Of a stretch of DNA of 64,000 bases, positions 1-11,700 are shown piece after piece. Made by a program: the position numbers and the translations under genes. The notes beneath the pieces were generated by a model. That model had not been told where the DNA came from. It saw only the letters and a list, made by a program, of their open reading frames with translations, and did no database searches. Source of the DNA: Lingula anatina. Its lineage: Eukaryota; Animalia; Brachiopoda. Positions within the stretch are counted from its first letter, which is position 1; each line of letters begins with the position of its first letter. The DNA lies in assembly GCA_051362555.1 (NCBI GenBank), contig CM120648.1, positions 11,714,587-11,778,586 on the forward strand. The letters are read 5' to 3'.

Positions 1-2113
1 CGCCAAAGGAACATTGTTGTTGCCGCCAACCCCGTGCCCGTCATTCCAAAAACAATACGTGCAATCAGAATAAATTACTAATAATGACGTCATCATCATG
101 GCTGCTGATGACGTCACTTATAACTAGCCTCGGAGCTGGTATGTAATTGGACATACCTGAAGGCCTAACAGTGATTCCAATCCTGTTTAGATCAACATAT
201 TGCTTAACTGCTAGCAGAAGTTGCTTGGAGATTTAGTGTCCCTAATACCCATTTTATGTGCCTTTAACACACTCTTCTATCAAAAGAAAAGTCGTGTTTT
301 TATTCAGTCTATAGTCACGACATCCACATATTTTTCTGTTTGTCAAAGCCAGTTACATAAATCTGTATGCAACAGGTCACCTTAATATCTATCTCCACAA
401 CCATCCCAGTTGAATATAGATAGAGTGTCATCTTTTTCTGCTGTTGGTCAGCTATTAAGGCGGCCTCTGGATGGGATATGTGTACTAGATAATTTTCAAA
501 ACTTAAATAATACTTCTTTTGTTTGAAGGGTCGGCAAATATAACGTCGAGTTTGCCTATGGGGCACTTCTACTGCTAAGTGAACCAGTAATATGTATGCC
601 TAGCCTACCAGAAGATAAATTGTTATTCACATATAACATCGTAATGTTCAGGCCTTGCGAGAAAATGTATATTTTTATTACAAATCTGAACACAATAGAA
701 ATGTGTCATGTAGTTGACAGGTTCGTCTGAAACATAACAAATTTTCATCATTTACTGTGTAAAAGTAATAGTGGTCGACAAACGCTGCATGTGCTTACCA
801 AACTATGTTATTAAACCATATTACTACGCAGAGTGATTCTGTTGCAATGTATGCATGTGCGCATTTATAGAGTAGCTCCATTAACATTTACTCGCGTTGA
901 AACAGTTTCAAGTATACAGCTAAGATTTGTATAGCTACCAGTACAGGCATGCATTTGTATAACAGCACCCTGGACAGCGGAAGTAAATTAATACAAGTCA
1001 TTAAAAACAAACAATTATAATTAACCTATTATCCAACTTCCATCAACCTTGAGTTTTACCCATTTTACCCCCCCCCCCCCTTCAAAAATTATTATAACGT
1101 TTAACTTTTAAGTGTATTTCATTACAACACGTACGGTTAAAGAAAAAAAGTTACCCACTACAAAATGTTGTACAGTAGAATTGCCAGTTTTTAATAACAG
1201 TATGCTCTGTTCAAACTCTTGCATTTTAATGACAGGTGTTTCCTTACTTCTTTTGAGCAGTATATATTGCTCAGTAATTAGATCTTCCTGTTCATCCCTT
1301 GCACGAAGACCGAATATTCTATCACGAAGGCACAAAAGCAAACACAATAGAAAAGTCGTGTGCTTGTTATGGTGTTCAACCCGCCCCTTTCCAACATTAA
1401 CGGGACCCACTCCCCCCAATTAGTGTCACTGCACGGTGGCACACATGGTCATTCACAGCGTCAGGGTTGACGGAACGCGCTTTAAGCCAGATACAGCACT
1501 GGCCACCGACGGACCTCGGCAATTCACCTTTCCGGATACATTTTTTTTTACAGTTCTATAAGATTGTGCAGGAAATCGTGACGTAGATATGTGAAGAGGT
1601 TTAAGCTGGTTAGTCATTTTAAGCTGGCTCTCCTATAAGTATTTATTTAACATTTCTATATTTTGTTATAAAACAGGGGGGGACCAAGTTAAGGAATTCT
1701 TTTAAAGCTGTCTGTATTATGTTATCGTCGCAATTTTACGCGTTGGTCATATTTGAACGTGGCAAATACTGACAATTTACAGCAGACCACCATCCTTAAA
1801 GTGTGTGAACGAAATATACGAACATTTAAGTGTATATTATGAAATTCTGATTGATATCCGCTGATCAACACGAGTTCGAGTTCAGTGTGACTTTTACTGA
1901 AAAATACGTCTGTAAGGTCAGTGAGACTTAATTTGGCTGTTGTTACGTTAGACACCTGAAAACAGTGGAGCACCAAGACATCATTACATAGAGGATCACA
2001 TAAGATAAAATAAGAATTTATTCAACCACTTTATAACATAATGAAACAGTACTTTTCGCTTTTAGGAGTTGTAAAGATCGGTTGTTAATGTCTGCAAATA
2101 GGTGTGCATGCTG

Positions 2114-2845
2114 GCTCCCGTTTCACAAAGAATCTTTTAAAATCCGTAGACGACTTACTCGAGCTGGGTGGCCTAGCTAGGTCGACTTAGCTGAAGTCGA
2201 CTCAGAGTGTTTCACAAAGAATCTAACGTCTTAGCTTGGCGTGCTTACCGTAGTCGACGCGCACGAGAAACTCTTCAAGAAAAGGAGGTGTAAAATTTCA
2301 AAAGTTTCACAAGACATGACGTTCCATGGCCTCTTTCGGCCAAGAACGCTCGTTTATCAACAATAAAAATCAGCCAAATCACAAGCAAAGTTTGTTTTTT
2401 AACTTTATTGATTAGTTTAACTTCGATACAACTTCAAAGTAACAGTTAAACTTTAGCTTGTCGTGGAACACTGCTGAAGGACGTCTAGCGGTCAAAAACG
2501 TAAACAAACAAGCGATCGGCTGGGTGAAGTGGCATTTTATTTTTTTATTTCAATATTCCATAAATGTCAGTGCTATTCAAGGATATTATAACACAATGTC
2601 TTGAAGGAGGTATGTTCTTTCAAAATCTTTGTTGTTTATGCTCTCATTTACCGAGTTTTAATTGAGCTTGCCGACTTAAGTCTCCTCCCGAGGAGGCTTG
2701 ACATCGTCGACTAGCAGCTAAGAAAAAAACGACGTAAGCGACCTTTTAGATTCTTTGTGAAACGGGACTTAGTGACGTAACGACTTAATTACGTTGGTAA
2801 CCAAGCCCTGGGAAGCCGACTTAAGTTTTTTTGTGAAACGGGGGC
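2114..2845. mobile_element. PIF/Harbinger-like MITE
   Basis: TIRs GCTCCCGTTTCACAAA / TTTGTGAAACGGGGGC, CTG duplicated on both sides, internal subterminal TTTCACAAAGAATC repeats. Confidence 0.8.
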
Positions 2846-3012
2846 CTGGTCAGCGTGAGATTTGTAAAGCCCGAGTAGAATTCTACCCGGTCGTTAGAAC
2901 GGACTTTGAGAATCATTAAGATGCATTTCCTCTTTTCATGGCAAGTAAACGGGTTAAGGTGTGATAGACGTGGGACGTCAGATGTAAGAATCGGACTCCC
3001 GATAGTAATACT

Positions 3013-3430
3013 GGCGAGTTTTCTGTGTACATAACAGAGCTAACTGAGCCCTTATGGTCAATTGTTTTTCTCATTCGACTGAACATATTATCATTTTGCT
3101 ATCACAGGTTTCAGTGTATTTTTAAGAAGTAATATAGGCCTATATTAGGCCTATACTTTGACTCGCTGTAGAAAAATTGGCGAATTTTTCGTGTACAGAA
3201 CCAACTGAGCATCTACGGTCAGTCACTGTACTCCTTCGACTGAACATATCGTTTAGATATCACAGGTTTTAGTGCATCTTTAAGTACATGTAGTAACGTC
3301 TATAAAACTAAGAGTCACTATAGTAACTTTGACGAGTTTTTCGTGTACAGAACCAACTGAGAATCTACTGTCTGCCTCTCTACTCCTTCGACTGAACATA
3401 TTGTTCTGTTATCACAGGTTTTGGAGTATC
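3013..3430. repeat. Three diverged tandem copies (about 150-165 bp) spanning the SLC18B1 stop codon region
   Basis: Units start near 3013, 3179 and 3331 and share GAGTTTTT.GTGTACA, TTCGACTGAACATAT and TATCACAGGTTT. Confidence 0.75.
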
Positions 3431-3535
3431 TCTAATTAGCAACATCTGTCTGTCAGTATCAATGGCACTGTGATCCGGCTTCTTTTGTCGACATACGCCA
3501 TACACGACCACACAGTATACGCACATAACGCTGGC
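3380..3535 (-). CDS. SLC18B1: SLC18B1-like terminal coding exon (ASVMCVYC...EQYVQSKE*)
   Basis: tttccag acceptor in phase 0, end of the last TM helix, TAG stop. Confidence 0.8.
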   Translation of the reverse strand, partial: ASVMCVYCVVVYGVCRQKKPDHSAIDTDRQMLLIRDTPKPVITEQYVQSKE

Positions 3536-5723
3536 CTGGAAATAGAGAAACGTGGCAATCTGTAGTATCACTTTTAATATTATTATAAGCTTACTATCCC
3601 TCTATCAAATTATTCATCCGTTAATCATTATTTTCATCTTGTCGTTTGTTTGCTTATTTATGTATTATTTATGTAAAACAAACAAGTGTTTGTTCCGTGA
3701 TGTATCCATCATATGTCTTAGTTTAAAAATCTCCAATTGTTTTCTTTCGCTTCGCAGTGATACTTAATGTTCCCAAACAGAGACACTGTGCTGTGCTTTA
3801 ATCATATTGAATAAGTTCCCATAACATTATGGTTCTAGCAGGATCGATATCAGGGGGACTTTCGCTAAGGCGCAGTCACTATAATCAGCTTATTAATTGT
3901 CTGGCACGCCCCTCGTGGACCCCAAAGTTTGCTATACTTTACCCAAGTACTTTTAAAGGGATAATAACTCTTCGTTTTGTCCAAAAAAAATGAATTTTCC
4001 TAGAGTAAACACTTTCCCCTTGCTTACCAATGGTTAACGAATCCATTATTACATTCAAAGTTAGTCCCTGTTTTTTTTCTAAAAAGTTTTTTTTTTTTTT
4101 AATAATCTCTTAAGAGATTACAACAGAGTATAGCCATCAATTGAGGTAACGTGGTCTAAAGACGAGCTCAGATATCAGAATAATAGCTATAACTGCCGTT
4201 TTTCTTGTACACCAGAGTAAATTATATTTCTATGAGTTTTTCACAATGTTTTTATTATGAGATATAGATCTCATAAGAAGAGTTATTATCCCTTTAAGGC
4301 TCTGTTCTCACAACTTTTAGATCGATCTATCACCGCGGGGAGTCTCACTAGATTACTGTCAGATAATCCCCCTTAAGTGTCCGTCCCCGCCTACTACAAG
4401 CTTTAAGGGGTAATTAACTTTCGTGTCCGCCCGGCTGACAGCTATTTAGCGTGAACCCCCAGGGAGTTAGGTCGATCCAATGTAGGTCGATCTAATCTAT
4501 GAGAATGGGGTGTAAGTTACGAAGGTGTGTGCCAGACATTTCAGACGCTTAAACTGAGTATCTCCGAGGTGTTAGATCGACCCAGCTACTACGATAGGGT
4601 TATGGGAACGGCCCCTAATAGATTGTTTGTGTGTTTTCGGTACTTACTACAACCAGACAGAGAACCGAGAGTACGGTGGATAACGTACTAAAAGGGAAGT
4701 GGTCGGAGATGAGCCCTCCGAATAAAGGCCCAATGAAAAGCCTAAATACAAACAATTAAGGAAATGCATATAATCTTTTGATGAAAAATTTAGACAACAG
4801 ACAGAAAATATTCACACAGACTGATAAGGTTTAATATATTTTTCGTTGAATTAGAATATTTATTTATTTTGATTAAGGTTCAGTTAATTAATAAATTAAC
4901 AGTATTCTTTGCATGTGCGACATGTACCAATTACAATTCCACACTGATCGGCATCAAATGTGTTTTAGTGACTTTCCGGCATTAAGTATTTCATAACGTA
5001 ACGGTTAATCATTTTAATAATTATTATTTACATTTTATTGCCGGCACAAAGTATTTAAAATGTACGGTTAAATAAAAGAAAAAAACAAATTCATGAATTG
5101 CAAAAAATTTCAATATTTCTTTCATTTTATCTGCCCATTCGCAAAATTTTAACAGGATACTCATAATCTCATTATTGAAATGTAAAAACACTTACCCTAG
5201 CCCGAAAAAAGATTCAAATAATGCTGATAGATTCCCATACGTGGTAATATCATCTGGTAAGCCGTCCGCTCTGAAAAGACGGCTAGTAAATCTCAATCTA
5301 GACTATCATGCGTGACAAGTATGTAACAACGCTTGTTTTAGTTCAACTATTAATTACCGTAATTTTTTTATGTCAAAAGTAATGGAAAATTAAGCATAAG
5401 GATAAATTGTACACAAAAAAGTGTTTATTACTGACGTGACTCACAGAACAATTATCATTTTTCATTTTTTGTGTGAAAAAAATGCGCCATATTTAAGGGC
5501 GGTGTCATGATTTACAAGCCAAGAACGAAAGGAAGATTAATTATAATGTATTATCATTATTTTATTAAAAAGCCTTATATCACTGCGATGTAAAGACTCA
5601 CGTGACTTCTGAAATGCGATCAGCCATTACTGCCACTTGATTACAAGCGAGTCCAATTCCGACTGTGCAGCCCCCTAGGTATACGCTCCACGACGCCCTA
5701 GAAAATTCCATAGGTTGGCTTAT

Positions 5724-5767
<44 letters not shown>

Positions 5768-8700
5768 GTTAAAAGTTTTCAATCAGTGGGTTGAAGTTGC
5801 ACAGAAAATATTTAGATCATTGCAATAATAATAATAAAACATTTTATGTTTGGGGGGCTTTACCATATTTCCAGACGAAGAAAGTACTGTACTTACCCTT
5901 TGCCATTAGGATATAAATTGTTAAATGGAACCGCGGGTCCTAGTAGAGCAAAACCCAGGGTTTCAACAGTAAGGCCTGTGATTATCTGTAATTTATTACG
6001 ATTCTGGAAAATAAAAAAGTACACATACTTGAAGCACAAATCTGTGAATCTAAGAACTATATTTTGCCAATCTACAGGAAAAATAAAGATAAAAATACGC
6101 AAGTGGGCTTAAGAGGGTTGTTATTTTCAGGTATTTGTTTCAATAAACCTACCAATAAAATCAAATGAACTTGACATCACGAATGCCCAATATACATGTA
6201 TGAAAGGCAAAGTAATACAGAGAAACATATTCAGCGACAGCTGCACGGGGATACGTAATCAGAATATATAAATATATTTGTGCATACCATACTGGTATAA
6301 ATGTGTATATAAAAACTATGTGAATCAGCATTTATAGTTAAGCCATTTACGCCACGCTTTATTTTTGACCAGACCCGCGCCCTTCTTAATAATTTCAGAA
6401 TGAGCGTTGTTGCTAGGTTCAATTTGACCACCCTGTACTTCGTACTTACAAATTTACTGGACACCAGTCCAAATATGGGCACGAGCAACGTATAGCACGT
6501 GCCAACGGTGGCAAAAGCCACGCCTATCATGACGTAATTGCCTTCTAGGTTAGAATCCACCTAGAAAGAAATATCTAATAGGTAGTAAAAAGGGAAGGCA
6601 TTTCAATGGCATTCTTAGTGACAGTAACAAAAACTAATGTACGGAAAAGACTGTACACGGAGTCCCTTTTACAAGTGAATTAAAGCTCTTCAAAAATGGA
6701 TCTGAGAACTCAGACCACAGCATGTATCTAATCTTATACAATATAAATTCATGACAGTTTAAATAACGCCAATATTGGTTTAAAACTAGTGTGTCTTGTA
6801 AGATCTATAAGAGGCTTACATTTTCTTTTATTTGAACTATTGTAACGTGACACAGAGTCCCCCATGATAGAGAGTCCGCCTCCCATTTATTTGTACAGGT
6901 AAACCTGGCCCTAAATTTTGACCCACTTAGATCAGGCTAACCCTAATAATTATAACTAAATGGAGGGCGGACTTTCTGTGACACGGACCCTCAGTTTCGT
7001 TACACTAGTACTATTGATAAATCTCCGGTTTAAAAAAGGATCTTACGTCTCTCAGGTGCTGTGCTAGTGCAGGAAATAACGCCCCAACTCCAACAGATGG
7101 TATAAATATTGCAGAGTATTCTATCCAGGCAAGAGGTTTTTTCAGCATTTCTAATATCTGACCATGTTGGGAAGAAGTGTCTACAAATTACAAAAAGGCA
7201 TTGCAAAATTAGAAGCCGTTGCTTCAAGCGTGACACAATTTGATTTAAAGCCATAGACATTGTCGAAGCATCAGGCCCCAGTCACACTAGAGGCAGAATG
7301 AGCTAGAATGCCATCAGAATGAAAACTCCTTGTGAAGGTCTGGGCATTTGAAGTAGATTCTAAATACATTCCTAATGTATTTAAAGTATTTAAAGAGATA
7401 ATAACTGTTCGTTTCAATTTTCCCAAACTTACCAATGGTTAATGAATCCATTTTGACGTTCAAAATTACTCCCTGGTTTTTTTCTGTAAAGTTTTTTTTT
7501 TCCTTTTTTTTTTTTTTTTTGTAATAGACCCCGACCCCGCATTATGGAACGACCTCGGATTATGGAACAAAACCGGAAGTTTGCCCTTTTTACCCAGCAT
7601 GCAGAGCGTAAAAAATCCCCGTTGCCACGAAATTTTCAAGCGTCTGCTACAATGTATCAAACGCGCTATGCAGACGCATGTTACGACCTGATACAATAGA
7701 AGTGTTAGCGTTTGAAAGTTCGTTGCTCTCAAATTTGATAAAATTAATAATGAACTTACGTTTATTCAAGCAAGTTTTAAAGCCGTTTATCGTCCGCTTT
7801 CGTCTGCACGTGTTACTGTCAGTTTCCGATCTCGATTTCTAACTTTTTCATACTGGTTACGGGTAAATACATCGATCGCTGTGGACGTAAACACGGCCGT
7901 CTTTTACTGCTATAAGTATTGTAGCCTAACTTGTCTCATCCCTTAGCCTATTGTTTGTATTTCTTGTTTTCGGCTTAATGAAACAATTTCAAAACATCCA
8001 CTTTCAAGAGGTTGAAGTATTCCAAGATCTCATAAAAATGGCTTTGATGTTGGGCATAGCTGTGGGTGCTTTCTGCTCACTGTAAACTGCCGCTAGAGAA
8101 CGCTACGAGCGCTATTAGACTCAAGCGACTTGTGAAATAAATAAATTTGTTCTCACAAAATAACACTTAATGTTGACTTTTGTATTGACATTATGAGAGA
8201 AAAAAATCGTTAGGCCCTACTGACCTTTTTCATGCTCGATAAATTTCAGCATGTCAAAAAGGAAATTATAGGCCCACTCTTATTCAATATCAGAAGCGGC
8301 ACGTAGGCCTATAGGGCCTATTTGAGGTGCCAAAGACGATCATTTTAAATCATATTTCAGGTAGGCCTACACAAATGACACATGATTGATCTTTGTTGTG
8401 ATGAAAAAAAATATTAGACTTATGAATCATTTAGGGCCTACTAGGTTTGCGCCTTTTGCTGGGAGTTTTATCTTTAAAACTTCTTATTTCAACTATCTCT
8501 ATCCAGTATCTTCTTCTCTTTTTCTTAAATATAGGCCTACCACAGGTGCTCTCAAGGGAGGTGGTCATGGGAAGTTGGCCCTCAGTTACTCTGATGAAGC
8601 AGCTCTAGTCCACTACTGCCTTATTATGAGTGACTGGGGGTTTCCCCTCACCAAAGACTTGGAGTCTTCAAGTTTGCTCTGGCGGTGGGAAAACAAAGGG

Positions 8701-11700
8701 ATAGGCCTATGGGCTTTTCAGCGTCGAACGGCTGGTGGGATCGGTTCATGAATCGACATCCCGAGTTGTCCCTGAGAAAACCGGGAAGGATAAATAGGTG
8801 CAATATAATGAAATTTTAAAAAAACATGCTAAATAAATGAAAAATAATGAGAAAATGAATTTTGTCTTCAAATTAAGATTTGTTCGGATATCGGATAATA
8901 AGAAAGCATTATTTAAAAACTTGAAAGAAAGAAAGAAAAGAAGAGCTGTAGAAAAAATGAGAAAAGCTGAAGATGGAGCTAAGCGAAGAATGGAGAAAGA
9001 GGAGAAGAGAAGAGCGGGCGTGGAGAGGGAGAGGAAGAAGGCTGAGGTAGGGTAGACCGGGGCTAAACGCCCCCCTTAAGCAAGAAACATCACAATTTTC
9101 CCTGCTGAAGGTATAGACCGTTCAAAGTGGGTGTTAACTATAAAGGGCTGACTAGACTACAAACTGATACTAACACTTTTGGAAACAAACAAAAGAAAAA
9201 CCTTATAGGTAAAAAATAGGTAAATTATAAAATCGGCCTTTTTGCCCCATGGCTGGGGCATTACGCCTCACACCACGGGGCTAAACGCCCACCGTGGGCG
9301 TCTTGCCCCAAACTATAGGCGTTATGCCCCGCCTTTGTACAAAGCAAAATAAAATCAAATTATATTTCTACGAGACAACTCAGTAAGCCTTTAAAAGCAA
9401 CATATAATATTTTGGGGTACTGAGATAATAAAAATACCCATCAAATTTATTCAGAATGAGCTGTAATTCTACTCTTTACGACAGGGCACTGTGATACTTC
9501 CAAAATTAAGTTCCTAGTACAGCCACTTGCTTTGGCTTTTCCCCATATAAGTGTTATAACTGATGATATACAATAAAAAAACATGCATGAAAGAACACTT
9601 CCGCATCTTTTTAGAATTATTTTTTATTTAAAAACGAAAGGGGGCAAAACGCCCAGTGATCGGGGCAAAACGCCCACTATTGGCGTTTTGCCCCATATCA
9701 GCATGGGCGTTTTGCCCCAAAGTGAGATTTTGTATATTTTTTCAAAATTCGGCGGGAAAAGTTTTATACAATCTGACTTCATCGAAACTTGTATGGAGGT
9801 CTGATACCATCCTATCTGTCACCAAGAAAGTTTTTTGAATTCGTGCATTTGGTAGGTGGTGTCACTGATGTTAAGGAAAAGGCTAAATAACAGTAAACAA
9901 GGCAAAAATGAACAAATTATCATAAAATGCTTATTTTTTAGTTTGTGGTCATCTCCGTCATGGAGGATAAGTCTGCTGGAAATCGGAAGTGGAAAAAACA
10001 TCACGAGACGCGTATTTATACGTTATACCTGAAAAAAAGCGGGTGGGCGTTTGACCCCGACTGGGCGTTTAGCCCCGGTCTACCCTACGAGAGCGAAAGG
10101 CACAGAGGGCATTGGAGGTGAATCGTACGTAGAAAAGAGAAGGAAGAAGAGAGAAAAAAGAATTTTTACGTTGCGTTGTTTGTAAAGCCTAGGTCCCAAC
10201 CGAACGTACGGGCTGCTACGTGTGGTCTACGGCCAAAAAAATGGGAAAAATTTGGGGAGTTCGTGCGTGAGGAGCACATCCATCGTGCGACTTTTGGAGG
10301 ACGCAAACAGCACGTAGTAACTTTTCGACATGATCAACAGCCGCTACGTGCGATCTAGCTACTTCCTAATCGAAATGTGAGCTGTTAATGTTAATTGCTA
10401 GTTTTGTTATCATGAATTAAAGATTTTATTTTGGAATCATTACTGGTGTTGTTACCTGAAGGCTGGCCAAATGAATGATCAATGAGTTTTAAAATGAGAA
10501 ATATCAATATTATTCTTTCATAATAATGAATACAGTATTTTCAAATTGGCATTTTAAATGACCAGACTACTAAATATCGCTTCGATACTCCGACGTAGCG
10601 GCAACTTCTCGTTTTGTTCCATAATCCGATCAAGGCAGTGGTAAATGAGTGGACTATTCCATTTTTTAGCAATATTTGTGTTTAAAAGTAAAAGACCAAC
10701 TAAATATGAATAACAACTGCTGTTATGTTCATTGACATTCGCAATATAATGCGCATTTGCCGTTTTATTGTCTTTTATAGACCCCCTGCGCCACATATTG
10801 CCTTGCATCTTATCTAACAAACTCTGACGCAACGTTATCTGCGCACTTCCGGTTTTGTTCCATAATCTGGGGTTTGAGAACAACACGAAGTTAACCATTA
10901 TTTTAGCGTTTTTCTCCAATAGTAACCCCAATCATATGGATTAAGCTTTACAAGATAGTAAATAAAGCTCTATCGTAGCTACATGCAAAGTATTAGAGGT
11001 TAGTTTACGTTCATTTTTATACACAGACTGTGCAAAGCCGAAAAACGTCAAATATCGTTCCATAATCCGGGGTCGAGGTCTAATCTCTTAAAATATTATT
11101 ACAGAGGGTAGCTGTCTATGGAGATCACGTGGTCCGATGGCAGGAACAGATTTCTGAATAATTGTGATAACCGCTGTTTTGGTGGTAAAAGATAATTTAT
11201 TTTATTTCTGTTGGTTGTTTACAATACATGAAATATTGATCTCATAAGAAGAGTTGCTATCCCTTTAATGCCTGCACATTTGAAGTGCATTCTAAATATA
11301 ACCCCTGCGAAAATTTGTCTCATTTAACGCTCCCTTACGGTTCTCAGTCTGTCCTATAACATAATGTTTTTCACTTTTAATGAAAAATGTTCTTAATCTG
11401 TTCTAGGACATTCTGAACGACTTCCCAAAAACAGTTTTCGAACTTTTATTACAGAACAACATGAGGACAGTTAAAAAATTCACAAAATGTTCTAGAATTG
11501 AAAACCGTGAGTGAAAGTTAAATGAGACACATTTTCGCAGGGGATTTCTAGAGTATTTCAAGTATTTAATAGAAATAAAGGAGACGTACCGACCCCGGCA
11601 TCATCAGGAGGAAGTGAAAACGCAGCCCATATTCCTAAAATAACTGACATAGGTCCAAAAACGTAAAACGGTAGCCCGAAACCGCCCAGTTGGTAGAGAC

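Larger units (their letters stand above)
7527..11080. mobile_element. Degenerate pogo/Tigger-like DNA transposon (TA TSD)
   Basis: TA|GACCCCGACCCCGCATTATGGAACGA ... TCGTTCCATAATCCGGGGTCGAGGTC|TA; repeated TTATGGAAC subterminal motifs; internal transposase remnant. Confidence 0.75.
7394..11264. mobile_element. Kolobok-like MITE split by nested insertions
   Basis: TTAA|AGAGATAATAACT at left and AGTTGCTATCCCT|TTAA at right; both halves align with the intact copy at 3957-4293. Confidence 0.75.

Noticed and set aside
1-250. Possible minus-strand exons of a neighbouring gene (donor near 156)
   Set aside because: No recognisable protein motif, ambiguous frame, truncated by the window edge
1108-1419. 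Minus-strand ORF with LITEQY, echoing VITEQY in the transporter tail
   Set aside because: Match is too short and no convincing acceptor was found; cannot support an alternative last exon
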